Source: Nitrosopumilus sp. (GTDB lineage Archaea; Thermoproteota; Nitrososphaeria; Nitrososphaerales; Nitrosopumilaceae). Taken from it: a DNA stretch of 64,000 bases. Below, in pieces: positions 53,758 to 63,156 of this stretch. The stretch lies in assembly GCA_965203315.1 (NCBI GenBank), contig OZ241857.1:1876505-1940504 (forward strand). The letters are read 5' to 3'. The position numbers and the translations under genes were made by a program. Numbering within the stretch: the first letter of the stretch is position 1; each line of letters begins with the position of its first letter. Below the pieces are notes generated by a model. The model did no database searches. It worked only from the letters and a program-made list of their open reading frames with translations, and was not told where the DNA came from.

Positions 53758-54570
53758 TTGAAGAAGATTGGATTACTTGGATGTGGCGCAATTGGAACAC
53801 AGATCGCAATGGCGATCGATTCTAAAGTAATTCCAGGTTTATTGACTCATGTGTATGATCAATCCCAAATTGCTACTCGAGAGTTAGTTGACAAGTTGAA
53901 CACAAAACCTGTAATCGTAACAAACTCTCATCTGCTGTCGTCCTATCCTGTAGATATCGTTGTTGAAGCTGCATCACAGTCTGCTGTACGTGATGTTGCA
54001 TTAGGAGTATTACAGAATAGACGAGATATCATGATCATGAGCGTAGGTGCACTAGCTGATGAGTCCATACGTGATATCTTGATTGCAGCATGTAAAGACT
54101 ATAATCGACGAGTATATCTTCCATCTGGAGCAATAGCTGGGCTGGACGCATTGCGTTCTATAAAAAGCGAACTAGAGTCAATATCTCTGATAACAACAAA
54201 ACATCCCAGATCATTCAAGGGAGCTAAATTTTTCGATCACAACAACATGAATCTAGACACACTTGTGTCTTCTAGAACAATATTCGAAGGTTCTGTAGAA
54301 TCGGCAGTAGAGTTGTTTCCTGCCAACATAAATGTCGCTGCTCTACTATATCTAGCAACAGAACATGATGTTCGTGTCAAGATAGTTGCAGATCCTCACA
54401 CAACACACAATACTCATCAGATAGTCGCAGAGGGTGCATTTGGCAAGATGTCGTTTATGTTAGAGAATGCACCTGATCCATCTAATCCCAAGACTAGTAA
54501 ACTGGCAGTCTTGTCGGCAATTGAGACACTTCGAGCATACTGTACAGATGGTCTCAGAGTAGGTACATAA
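53758..54570 (+). CDS. nadX: L-aspartate dehydrogenase
   Basis: GCGAIG, SVGAL, SGAIAGLD, FPANINVA and NPKTS; adjacent to nadA. Confidence 0.92.
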   Translation: MKKIGLLGCGAIGTQIAMAIDSKVIPGLLTHVYDQSQIATRELVDKLNTKPVIVTNSHLLSSYPVDIVVEAASQSAVRDVALGVLQNRRDIMIMSVGALADESIRDILIAACKDYNRRVYLPSGAIAGLDALRSIKSELESISLITTKHPRSFKGAKFFDHNNMNLDTLVSSRTIFEGSVESAVELFPANINVAALLYLATEHDVRVKIVADPHTTHNTHQIVAEGAFGKMSFMLENAPDPSNPKTSKLAVLSAIETLRAYCTDGLRVGT

Positions 54571-54732
54571 TACATTCTATATCGTCTATATTCATCGATT
54601 TGACAGATAACTATTTTGGCAACTTGACGCACAGCTATGTTGTTGCCATCTCGGCAATAATTGCCATGTGTGCTGTTTTTGTTGAAAATTATAGACAACT
54701 TCCTATCCCTTAAATCTCAACTTTGTTAGTCT

Positions 54733-55686
54733 ATGTTGTTGCAACAATCCTTGAGACTCAAAGAGGAGATACTTTGTCTTAAAAAAGAGAGAGACATAGT
54801 AATCCTCGCACACAACTATCAGATCCCAGATGTGCAGGACATCGCAGATTTTGTAGGTGACTCGTTGGGTCTATCAAGAAAGGCAGCAACAGTTGATCAA
54901 TCAACAATACTCTTTTGTGGCGTAAATTTTATGGCCGAGACCGCTGCAATCATCAGCCCCACCAAGCGAGTTCTACTTCCAGATATGGCTGCAGGTTGTT
55001 CATTATCTGATTCAATCACCGTCGATGAATTACGTCAATGGAAGAAGCAACATCCCAAAGCTATATCGATCGGTTATGTAAATACGACAGCAGAGATCAA
55101 GGCAGAACTTGATTATTGCTGTACATCATCAAATGCTGTAAATGTCGTAAACGCAATTCCTCCAGATAGGGAGATACTCTTTCTTCCAGACATGTTTCTT
55201 GGCTCATATGTGGCCAAAGTGACAAAACGCACAAACATGCACATATGGGCAGGTGAGTGTCATGTTCATGCAGGTATTACTGCAAAAGATGTTAAAGATA
55301 AACTAGACTCGATGGATGCAGAACTCGTAATACATCCAGAGTGTAGTTGTACTACACCAATGATCTATGATGTTGCAGACGGTCGTTATGATGGCGACAA
55401 GGTCTCAATACTATCCACTGAAGGTATGATGAATCATGTATCGCAATCAAAATCAAAAAACTTTGTCGTAGCTACAGAGACTGGAATACTGTACAGAATG
55501 AGACAACAAAACCCAGACAAGGTCTTTGTTCCTGCATCTACCAAAGCAGAATGTCAATACATGAAGATGATCACTTTGGATAAAGTTTATGACTCGCTGA
55601 TAAACGACAGACATGTAGTTACAGTTCCAGATCATATAGCCAAGAAGGCACGTCTGGCAATAGATCGAATGTTGGCAATCAGCTAG
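54733..55686 (+). CDS. nadA: Quinolinate synthase
   Basis: AHNYQ, FCGVNFMAE, AGCSL, CHVH, HPEC and CQYMK. Confidence 0.95.
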   Translation: MLLQQSLRLKEEILCLKKERDIVILAHNYQIPDVQDIADFVGDSLGLSRKAATVDQSTILFCGVNFMAETAAIISPTKRVLLPDMAAGCSLSDSITVDELRQWKKQHPKAISIGYVNTTAEIKAELDYCCTSSNAVNVVNAIPPDREILFLPDMFLGSYVAKVTKRTNMHIWAGECHVHAGITAKDVKDKLDSMDAELVIHPECSCTTPMIYDVADGRYDGDKVSILSTEGMMNHVSQSKSKNFVVATETGILYRMRQQNPDKVFVPASTKAECQYMKMITLDKVYDSLINDRHVVTVPDHIAKKARLAIDRMLAIS

Positions 55687-56076
55687 ATGGAGTTATGTGG
55701 ATTGTTTAACAGAGATCCAAAGAAAAGACAAAACTCTGAGAAACTCAAACAACTCCGAGATCTTGTAAAGAAGAAGAGATTTACAGAAGCTATAGAGTGT
55801 GGAAACGAGTACATCAAGGCAGTCCCAAACAACCCTGATGCGTTGTTTATACTAGCTGGAGTATACTATATGAATAAGGATCTAAAATCTACGTTGAGAT
55901 ACATTAACCGCGCATTAGATATAGCGACATATGATATTGATATGTTGCTACTCAAAGCATACGTTCATCATGATCTAAAACAAGACAAGATCGCACTAGA
56001 GTGTTGTTTAAAGGTACAAGAGATCGATCCAAAGAATCAAGATGTTACTAGACTATGTTCACAACTAGATCTCTAG
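55687..56076 (+). CDS. TPR-repeat protein
   Basis: PNNPDALFILAGVYY...EIDPKN helical repeat pattern. Confidence 0.75.
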   Translation: MELCGLFNRDPKKRQNSEKLKQLRDLVKKKRFTEAIECGNEYIKAVPNNPDALFILAGVYYMNKDLKSTLRYINRALDIATYDIDMLLLKAYVHHDLKQDKIALECCLKVQEIDPKNQDVTRLCSQLDL

Positions 56077-56889
56077 ACTCATATCTATACTATGTACTGA
56101 ATTTGTTATACTTCCGACAGAGATCATATCTACTCCTGTATCTGCATATTTGGTAATATTTTTGTCCGTTATTCCGCCTGATGCCTCCAATCGGACCTTT
56201 CTCCTAAGACCAATTCGCTTCAAGGCATTGATCGTAGCTCTTATTCTGATGGGAGTAAAGTTATCCAAGAGTATTCTCTCTGCACCATTTTCTGCTGCAA
56301 GAACTGCTGCTCGTATCGTGTCTACCTCTACCTCGAATAACTTGTATCTCTTTTTTGCTCTTTGAATCAAACTGATCATAGACCCTTCGACAGCTATGTG
56401 GTTATCCTTTATGAGTACCATCTCGTCAAGTCGCATTCTGTGTCGGTTGCCACCACCGATCTCTACTGCTTCCTTGTCAAAATATCGTAGACCAGGTGCT
56501 GTCTTTCGTGTTGCGTATATGTCAACTCTCTTTGGGACTTTGGATACAAGATTTGCTGTCTGTGTCGCAATTCCACTCATTCGAGCAAGTATGTTCAAGA
56601 CAGTTCGCTCACACATCAAGATCTTTGTAGCATCTCCTTTCATTGTCATGATCCTCTGACATTGCTTTGCTTTTGATCCATCACGTATCTGGATTTTGGT
56701 ATGTATGTCGTACATTCCAAATATCGTCTTTGCATGGATTGTGCCTGCAATGACTGCTGGTTCTCGTGTAATTATGTGTGCTGTGATATCTCTCTGTGTT
56801 AGTAGACTCGATGTTATGTCTCGTCTGCCGATATCTTCTGCTAGAAACTCTTCTAGTTGTCTCTTTGGATTAAACTTGTTCAACGTCAT
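56065..56889 (-). CDS. nadC: Nicotinate-nucleotide pyrophosphorylase
   Basis: TRKTAPG, HRMRL, LIKDNH, LLDN and EASGGI. Confidence 0.95.
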   Translation of the reverse strand: MTLNKFNPKRQLEEFLAEDIGRRDITSSLLTQRDITAHIITREPAVIAGTIHAKTIFGMYDIHTKIQIRDGSKAKQCQRIMTMKGDATKILMCERTVLNILARMSGIATQTANLVSKVPKRVDIYATRKTAPGLRYFDKEAVEIGGGNRHRMRLDEMVLIKDNHIAVEGSMISLIQRAKKRYKLFEVEVDTIRAAVLAAENGAERILLDNFTPIRIRATINALKRIGLRRKVRLEASGGITDKNITKYADTGVDMISVGSITNSVHSIDMSLEI

Positions 56890-56899
56890 CTGTTGATCT

Positions 56900-57088
56900 C
56901 TATGTTACGTTTATCGCATACTTGCCTTTCTCTGTAAACCCCATCGTCTTCGATATCTTTGAGTTTGTAGGATCTACAACTAAAACTATTCCACTCCAAT
57001 CTGGAGTCATGTCTGATGATTTGCATAAAGGACAGACCTTGCCTGTAGTCACATACTTGCATTTTCTACATGCCATCTCTCTTGCCAT
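56900..57088 (-). CDS. spt4: Transcription elongation factor Spt4 (RpoE'')
   Basis: ACRKC...CPLC...WSG...GKYA. Confidence 0.92.
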   Translation of the reverse strand: MAREMACRKCKYVTTGKVCPLCKSSDMTPDWSGIVLVVDPTNSKISKTMGFTEKGKYAINVT

Positions 57089-57146
57089 CTTAACTTGACT
57101 CTTTTATCCCTCTATAAATATAAAAACATGAGTTACCCATTCCATC

Positions 57147-57737
57147 TTAACTTGACTCTGGTTTGGCCTCTTGTACCAACTCTTCACCACTAGATCTCTT
57201 GATCTCATCTGCAATCCATGCATCTGCGCCTAGGAATGGTTGTCTACATGTTATGCCGATCTTGCCCATCGATGCAGTTTTGCCCAAAGATACTGCGGTA
57301 ATCCTTGCTCTAACTGTAGAGTTGACTTTGAGTGTCTTACTGCTCTGTTTTGCTATAATCATTCCTGATTTGACATCACTCTTTAGATAGTCGTCCAATA
57401 CTTGTGATAGATGTAATAGTGCATCAGTAGGACCAATTCTGACAAATGCTCCAAAGTCTGTGATATCCACTATCTCTCCGTGAACTATCTCTTGCATCTT
57501 TGGATAAAACGTTAGAGCCTTAAACTCAACCCTGTGATGTGTTCCTCCGTCTCCTGGGGTTATCTTGCCCATCTCTGCAACCTTGGCGTCTAGAATCATG
57601 ATTATGTAACCTAGCTTGGCGTCTATCATGCTCTCGTACTTTTCTTTAAGTATGTCTTTGGCCGCCTGCTTGAGCGTGGTTCCAAACAGCTTGGGAGGAA
57701 TCCTTACACTGTCCTCTAGCGTCAATATGGAAAACAA
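57147..57737 (-). CDS. rpoE1: RNA polymerase subunit Rpo7 (E')
   Basis: VRIPP, PGDGG and DFGAFVRIGPTDALLHLSQ (S1 domain). Confidence 0.93.
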   Translation of the reverse strand: MFSILTLEDSVRIPPKLFGTTLKQAAKDILKEKYESMIDAKLGYIIMILDAKVAEMGKITPGDGGTHHRVEFKALTFYPKMQEIVHGEIVDITDFGAFVRIGPTDALLHLSQVLDDYLKSDVKSGMIIAKQSSKTLKVNSTVRARITAVSLGKTASMGKIGITCRQPFLGADAWIADEIKRSSGEELVQEAKPESS

Positions 57738-57786
57738 CTGTTGTCTCTCTCAAGTATCAATTTATGAATCTTTGTATATGTATGCG

Positions 57787-58137
57787 GTATGCGTTTAAGT
57801 CCCTTTTAAGCACCTAATTAGGGATCTTTTTGATTTATGTGGGATGAGGATTACAGAAAAAGCACTACAAGATTCTATGAGGGAAAATTAGAAAAAAGCC
57901 TTGCGAAATGTCATCCCACGTAAGCCGAAAAGATCCCAACTAGTATATTGACATACACAGTCAACGTTCCATGACACGTTGATAAAATATTCCGATCAAT
58001 ATTTTATGCAAATTATTTGAATACACCATATATACTAGATATACTTTTGATACAACACAGCATCACCACAGATACTTTGACACTTTAAAGAACAAGATCT
58101 CTCCAAACTAGTCTTTAAAAGGGACTTAAACGCATAC
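57787..58137. mobile_element. Non-coding element with perfect 23-bp TIRs (MITE family D)
   Basis: GTATGCGTTTAAGTCCCTTTTAA at 57787-57809 and its reverse complement at 58115-58137. Confidence 0.75.
57822..57936. mobile_element. MITE family B copy nested in MITE-D
   Basis: GGATCTTTTTGATTTATGTGGGATG...CATCCCACGTAAGCCGAAAAGATCC. Confidence 0.85.
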
Positions 58138-58138
58138 A

Positions 58139-58534
58139 GGATACGGTGATGAAGAGTTATATCTAGAAGCTGTCTATGTAGATGAACAAAAACAGACTCT
58201 TGTTATTTGGTTAGAGCCAATTCATACATTTGATCCGGTAGCTTATGTGAATGTTACTGTTCGCGATCCTAATGGAATATTAACAGATCATGCAATTGCC
58301 ACATACAATTCTATTGGTGGTGATAGTGGTGCGCCTATTATTTATTATCACCAAAATGGAACCGCAAATCTATTTGGGTCACATAATGGTAAATTATGCT
58401 CATTTAGTCTTAAGAGCGATCCGCATCATATGGATCGTGTAGTTTTAAATGATAGGGAATGCAATTATTCGCATTTAAACATGAAAGTGTTTAGTCCATG
58501 GGAGAACATAAAATTCTTTCTGACGTTGAAATGA
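58139..58534 (+). pseudogene. Fragment of a trypsin-like (S1) serine protease gene
   Basis: GGDSGAP motif; frame open back to the MITE-D end with no His/Asp region. Confidence 0.6.
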
Positions 58535-58899
58535 AAAAACCCGAATCAAAGATTTTTCTTATTCCTATAGTGTCTCTAATGCTGCTTGTACTATTCTTTC
58601 CGTTTCATGTAGTAAATTGGGTATTTAGTGATGACACAGATTATGAGGGTTTCAGAGATGTACTCGAGTATAGTTGGACAATGAAGTTTGTTTACACCAC
58701 TCTATTCTTTGATAGGGTATTGTGCGTAGAATTGTGGGACAGAGGGGATACCCCACCTGACCATATGTCAAAATCTCGAGATAATGTTGAGGATCAAAAT
58801 GGCAGGTATAGTAGTGGCATTGGTTTATTCCATGCACACAATCAACACTATCCTCCATGTCTATTCAAACTTGATCTAACATCGTATGATCAAACATGA
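58531..58899 (+). CDS. Hypothetical membrane-anchored protein
   Basis: N-terminal hydrophobic segment; overlaps the protease stop by ATGA. Confidence 0.5.
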   Translation: MKKPESKIFLIPIVSLMLLVLFFPFHVVNWVFSDDTDYEGFRDVLEYSWTMKFVYTTLFFDRVLCVELWDRGDTPPDHMSKSRDNVEDQNGRYSSGIGLFHAHNQHYPPCLFKLDLTSYDQT

Positions 58900-58931
58900 A
58901 TACGAATTTCCCGCATAATGAGTAGATCAAC

Positions 58932-59108
58932 GGTTCTGTTCAATTGATGGGGGTTGGCATTCTCTGCGCAAAATTCTCGAAAAATTTTGCAAAACATCGA
59001 AACGGCATCATATGGACTATCGTAAATTGTTGCTGTTTTGAGTCGAATATTATACGTTCTTTGAGATAACATCGTAACGATCTCAACCCCCGTCAATTGA
59101 ACAGAACC
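58932..59108. mobile_element. Intact MITE family A copy (177 bp)
   Basis: 25-bp TIR GGTTCTGTTCAATTGA(T/C)GGGGGTTG. Confidence 0.9.
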
Positions 59109-59111
59109 ATT

Positions 59112-59246
59112 GGCGATACAATAACCTAGATTGCGATCTGTTTGATTTGTTGGTTCAGTACATGTTAGGGGCCAGGTAACTAATCACCAAAGAAAATTAT
59201 GGAAAAAGTCTTGTAAAATATCATCACACGTAAATCGTAAAGATTC
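59112..59246. mobile_element. Remnant of the IS1595-like element end (to 59188) followed by the right half of MITE-B
   Basis: ggttcagtacatgttaggggccaggtaactaatcacc matches 61650-61687 reversed; then ...catcacacgtaaatcgtaaagattc. Confidence 0.6.
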
Positions 59247-59290
59247 ACCACAGATCATGTTTAAATAACGTATCAAGATTTTTTCAAACA

Positions 59291-60379
59291 ATGGTTGGAA
59301 TAGATCAAGTACTATCCAAGCTTAGCACCGTGATTGATCCAGATCTCAATAAAGATATCGTGTCGATGGGAATGATAAAAGATCTAGAACTTGATGACGG
59401 CAACCTCAAGTTTACTCTGGAGCTTACTACGCCTGCATGTCCGTTCAATGTAGAGATCGAGGACGATGTACGACGAGTAATAGGTGAGATAAGTGAACTG
59501 AAGAGTTTTGATATGAACGTTACGGCCAAAGTGATGGAAGGACGTTCCCTTGATGAGGATACAGGAATGGCTAGTGTCAAAAATATTATCGGTGTTGCAA
59601 GTGGCAAAGGTGGAGTTGGCAAATCAACTGTATCACTAAATCTTGCACTTGCACTATCTCAGACGGGCGCAAAGGTTGGTCTACTTGACGCTGATATTTA
59701 TGGTCCAAGTATTCCGTTGATGCTTGGAATGAAGGATGGTTACATGGAGGTTGAAGATAACAAACTACAACCAGCTGAATCCAATGGGTTAAAGGTCGTT
59801 TCATTTGGGTTCTTTGCAGAGCAATCACATCAAGCTGCTATATATCGAGGTCCAATAATCTCTGGAATACTAAAACAATTTCTAGTTGACACAAACTGGT
59901 CTGATCTAGACTATCTCATTGTAGACCTACCTCCTGGCACAGGAGATATTCCTCTAACGCTGGCACAGACTATTCCGATTACTGGAATTCTAGTTGTAAC
60001 TACACCTCAAGATGTAGCAAGCAATGTGGCCGTAAAGGCGATCGGAATGTTTGAGAAACTCAACGTACCTATAATTGGTGTAGTCGAAAACATGAGTCAT
60101 TTTATATGTCCTAATTGCAATGAGAAACACTACATTTTTGGCGAAGGTGGAGCTAGAAAGATCAGTGAGCAGTTCAAGATGCCATTCTTGGGCGAGATCC
60201 CACTCAACTCTGGAATCATGACTGGTTCTGATCTAGGTAAACCTATAATGTTTACAAATCCCGAGTCACCGAGCGCTATTGCATTCAAGTCTACTGCCAA
60301 AAATATTGCAGCACAATGTAGTATACTAGCTGCAAAACTTCAAGAGACGTTATCTCAGACTATACAATCTTCAGAATAG
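59291..60379 (+). CDS. mrp: Mrp/Nbp35 Fe-S carrier ATPase with an N-terminal DUF59-like domain
   Basis: LTTPACP, SGKGGVGKST, DLPPGTGD and ENMS..CPNC. Confidence 0.93.
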   Translation: MVGIDQVLSKLSTVIDPDLNKDIVSMGMIKDLELDDGNLKFTLELTTPACPFNVEIEDDVRRVIGEISELKSFDMNVTAKVMEGRSLDEDTGMASVKNIIGVASGKGGVGKSTVSLNLALALSQTGAKVGLLDADIYGPSIPLMLGMKDGYMEVEDNKLQPAESNGLKVVSFGFFAEQSHQAAIYRGPIISGILKQFLVDTNWSDLDYLIVDLPPGTGDIPLTLAQTIPITGILVVTTPQDVASNVAVKAIGMFEKLNVPIIGVVENMSHFICPNCNEKHYIFGEGGARKISEQFKMPFLGEIPLNSGIMTGSDLGKPIMFTNPESPSAIAFKSTAKNIAAQCSILAAKLQETLSQTIQSSE

Positions 60380-60381
60380 AT

Positions 60382-60876
60382 TTGGTTAAATTACCTGACT
60401 CTTTACGTGATCAGCTAAAGGTTCCGTTAGGGATTTTATTGCCTGGTACGCCAACACGAGAAGATATACTGGAACACTTGGACAGTAATTCGTGTCTGAT
60501 ATCTGTTGGTGACAGAACTACAACAAATCTCTTATCTATGGATATCGTGCCATCTCTATGTATTGTGGACGGAGTTGAGAAGAGGCAAAAGCGGACTTTT
60601 GACAATATACTCAATATGCATATCATTCAAGTAGATAATCCTCCAGGTCACATCACAAAAGCTAGTGTCGATGCTATACTACATGCGTTAGGGATGACAG
60701 AGCCTGTACAGCTATATGTAAATGGTGAAGAGGATCTCTTGGTCATTCCTGTATGTATTCATGCTCCCAATGATGCAACTGTGGCGTATGGCCAACCTGA
60801 TAAAGGTCTAGTTCTAGTACGCATTACGCCTGATATTAAACATAAAACAAAAGCATTTTTTGATATGATGGAATAA
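60382..60876 (+). CDS. DUF359 GTP-dependent dephospho-CoA kinase
   Basis: LKVPLG, VGDRTT, NPPG, GEEDL and YGQP. Confidence 0.88.
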   Translation: MVKLPDSLRDQLKVPLGILLPGTPTREDILEHLDSNSCLISVGDRTTTNLLSMDIVPSLCIVDGVEKRQKRTFDNILNMHIIQVDNPPGHITKASVDAILHALGMTEPVQLYVNGEEDLLVIPVCIHAPNDATVAYGQPDKGLVLVRITPDIKHKTKAFFDMME

Positions 60877-61084
60877 TCTTCAGACAGGGTATGATGAGAC
60901 GGTGGCTGTATGATCGATGATTACACTACTAAATCTCTGACCCCGTTCACTAATTCACCTAATGATATATTCAGTAATAATATCTGGAATACGATCTGTC
61001 ACAACTGGTGGTTCAAACATAATAACCAAATCTTGTACAAGTATTGACATTTTAACATAAACGTATCTTGTACAAACATTACAT

Positions 61085-61459
61085 GTGAGACTAGACCCTG
61101 ATCTCCGACTAGAGATTCTAGAAAAAGTCGGCATATATTCGAGACGATTCTCTATTCCTGAACCCACCGTATTGTTGAGTACGAGGGAGGTCCTTTTAGC
61201 ACCAAAAGAGATGACTCGAGGGAGGAGGACATCCGCATACAAATACTATGGCGTCTCATATCTATTACACAACATGATCTTTATCAATGTCAGAAAGATA
61301 CCTGATCTAAAGACTCTGGATAATACAATAGTACATGAACTCATACACCTCAGATTTCCTTACATGTCTCATGGCAAGCGGTTTAACAAACTTGTTAGGC
61401 AAGGACTGCGTGGGAAGACCTTTTTACCATACAGGAAACGCAAGACATCTGTACAATAG
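61085..61459 (+). CDS. Small zinc metallopeptidase-like protein (SprT/YgjP-like)
   Basis: VHELIH...HGKRF. Confidence 0.75.
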   Translation: MRLDPDLRLEILEKVGIYSRRFSIPEPTVLLSTREVLLAPKEMTRGRRTSAYKYYGVSYLLHNMIFINVRKIPDLKTLDNTIVHELIHLRFPYMSHGKRFNKLVRQGLRGKTFLPYRKRKTSVQ

Positions 61460-61649
61460 CTCTAGTTGTCTAGTAGACATCGCAAGTGTTCACGGAAAAG
61501 GGCAAGTGGGAGGTCGGCTCTCTTAACTTATCGGAGGCGGTTGGGATTTAGGGCGGTTCTTGGAATTATGTTCGTGATAAAATTACCATAATAAAAAACT
61601 AAAAAATTACATGATTCAAGATTGTTATTCAATAATATGTAAAATTTTT

Positions 61650-62228
61650 GGCGATTAGCTACCTGGGGCCCTAACATATACTGAACCATAAAATCAAGGA
61701 GCACAATCTTGGTCATGGTATTGCCGTCCCATCTCCAGAGGAGTGAAATCTTTGAACTCACACTACATACTTTGTCAGATGCGGTTTCGCACATCCCTTG
61801 AACCATTCCATTCTATTAAGTGCACTTTATCTCCAAAGATATTCTGATGATCCTTGTCACATGTGGTACTAAAACGGCATAACAAAAAACTAGAAAATTT
61901 ACACATTTTATCTCCTAAACATCAGAGATTTACAATATTCAACGTATGTTTCACATATTATTACACAATTTTGAACTCGACATTCCTGTTGCCATTGTAG
62001 AATTAAACTATTTGCAGGTTGCGTAGTGCAATCACTCAACTATCCTTCGCAGCACAATATTCGTCATTCTTGAAAAACTTGCAGGTCATTCTTTTAGAAT
62101 AACATGATTCCAGACACGTGATTATGGTTAGTTAACCATTGCCTACATCCACTAAGATTTCATGCCGGATGTTACGTACTACGCAAATTACTCTATAATT
62201 GTTCTAGGGGCCCAGGTAGCTAATCGCC
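61650..62228. mobile_element. Non-autonomous IS1595-like element
   Basis: 24-bp TIR GGCGATTAGCTACCTGGG(G/C)CCCTA; 8-bp AT-rich TSD AAATTTTT at 61642-61649 and 62229-62236; no long ORF. Confidence 0.8.
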
Positions 62229-62309
62229 AAATTTTTTATGGATTGTTTACAGGATTGTCAGTACACACAAATTTTCGAGATCTCTTAAATTTCAACTGCC
62301 TCCGATAAG

Positions 62310-62543
62310 TTAAGAGAACCGTTTACTATACCACTGCTGAAAGTCGTCTTTCGTACTTCCTACTTGATCTAATAGACTTAACAACAATCCCTTACCAATC
62401 TCTTTCCTAACCGGCACAGATAATGATCTCTTACCCTCTTTACGAAAAATCATGTGACTGCCTGATTGATGGTGGTATGTATAACCTAACTCGAATATAA
62501 ACTTGCTGAAAACGTTTGACGAGACTAGCAGTGTTTTCGTCAT
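62310..62543 (-). CDS. hicA: HicA-family toxin
   Basis: LGY...SGSHMIF...SVPV..EIGKGLL. Confidence 0.82.
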   Translation of the reverse strand: MTKTLLVSSNVFSKFIFELGYTYHHQSGSHMIFRKEGKRSLSVPVRKEIGKGLLLSLLDQVGSTKDDFQQWYSKRFS

Positions 62544-62550
62544 TTCGTCT

Positions 62551-62832
62551 TTAATCTTTTTCCATGCAACTAAGGCAGTCTAATATGCCTAGAGCTGCTT
62601 CACGTATGTTTTTCATCGCTTCTTGTTTAGTCGCACCATCTGTTACTGCTCCTGGTAATTGTGGTATTGTGGCAACATAGCGCCCATCTTCATCTTCTTT
62701 CAAGTGTACCTTGTATCTATAAGATTTGGTGAGATCGTCAATATTTATTGATTTATGATTTTTAGGATTAACAAACAAAGACACAGTCATCTCTTCTACT
62801 GTACTCATACTAATCATATGTACCACTCTCAT
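62551..62832 (-). CDS. hicB: HicB-family antitoxin (short form)
   Basis: EDEDGRYVATIPQLPGAVTDGATKQEAMKNIREA. Confidence 0.85.
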   Translation of the reverse strand: MRVVHMISMSTVEEMTVSLFVNPKNHKSINIDDLTKSYRYKVHLKEDEDGRYVATIPQLPGAVTDGATKQEAMKNIREAALGILDCLSCMEKD

Positions 62833-62849
62833 ATATATATGGCATTTTC

Positions 62850-63006
62850 GGTTCTGTCAATTTGGCAAGGGTTATAGTTCTCTGCACTAAACTCTTAAAA
62901 TTTTACAAAATATGAAATGCCTCAGACCATCTATCATAAACCGTTGCTGTTTTAAATCACATACTGTGTTCCTTGATAACATCGTCTCAATACAAGTCAG
63001 ATTAAC
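62850..63006. mobile_element. Degenerate MITE family A copy
   Basis: ggttctgtcaatttggcaagggtt...aaattttacaaaa...gttgctgtttt...gataacatcgt. Confidence 0.65.
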
Positions 63007-63156
63007 ATATACTTGGAACTTTCATGTTTGTATATGTTAAGTTGGAGATACATGTCTATTGAATCACCTAGAATTAATCTCGTCTTGATATCAAAAAGTT
63101 TGATCCTGATCTCTATTTGATTTATATTTACAATATGTGGGCAAGCTCGTATACAC

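Noticed and set aside
52204-59096. Two similar short ORFs (52204-52386 and 58890-59096, LSQRTY...KTATIYDS) as a peptide family
   Set aside because: Both are read-throughs of MITE-A DNA; the similarity is explained by the repeat and their starts and ends differ
59152-61687. Inverted ~37-bp repeats apparently bracketing mrp, DUF359 and the peptidase as a transposon
   Set aside because: The 61650 copy pairs with 62205-62228 and has its own 8-bp TSD, so these are ends of separate elements
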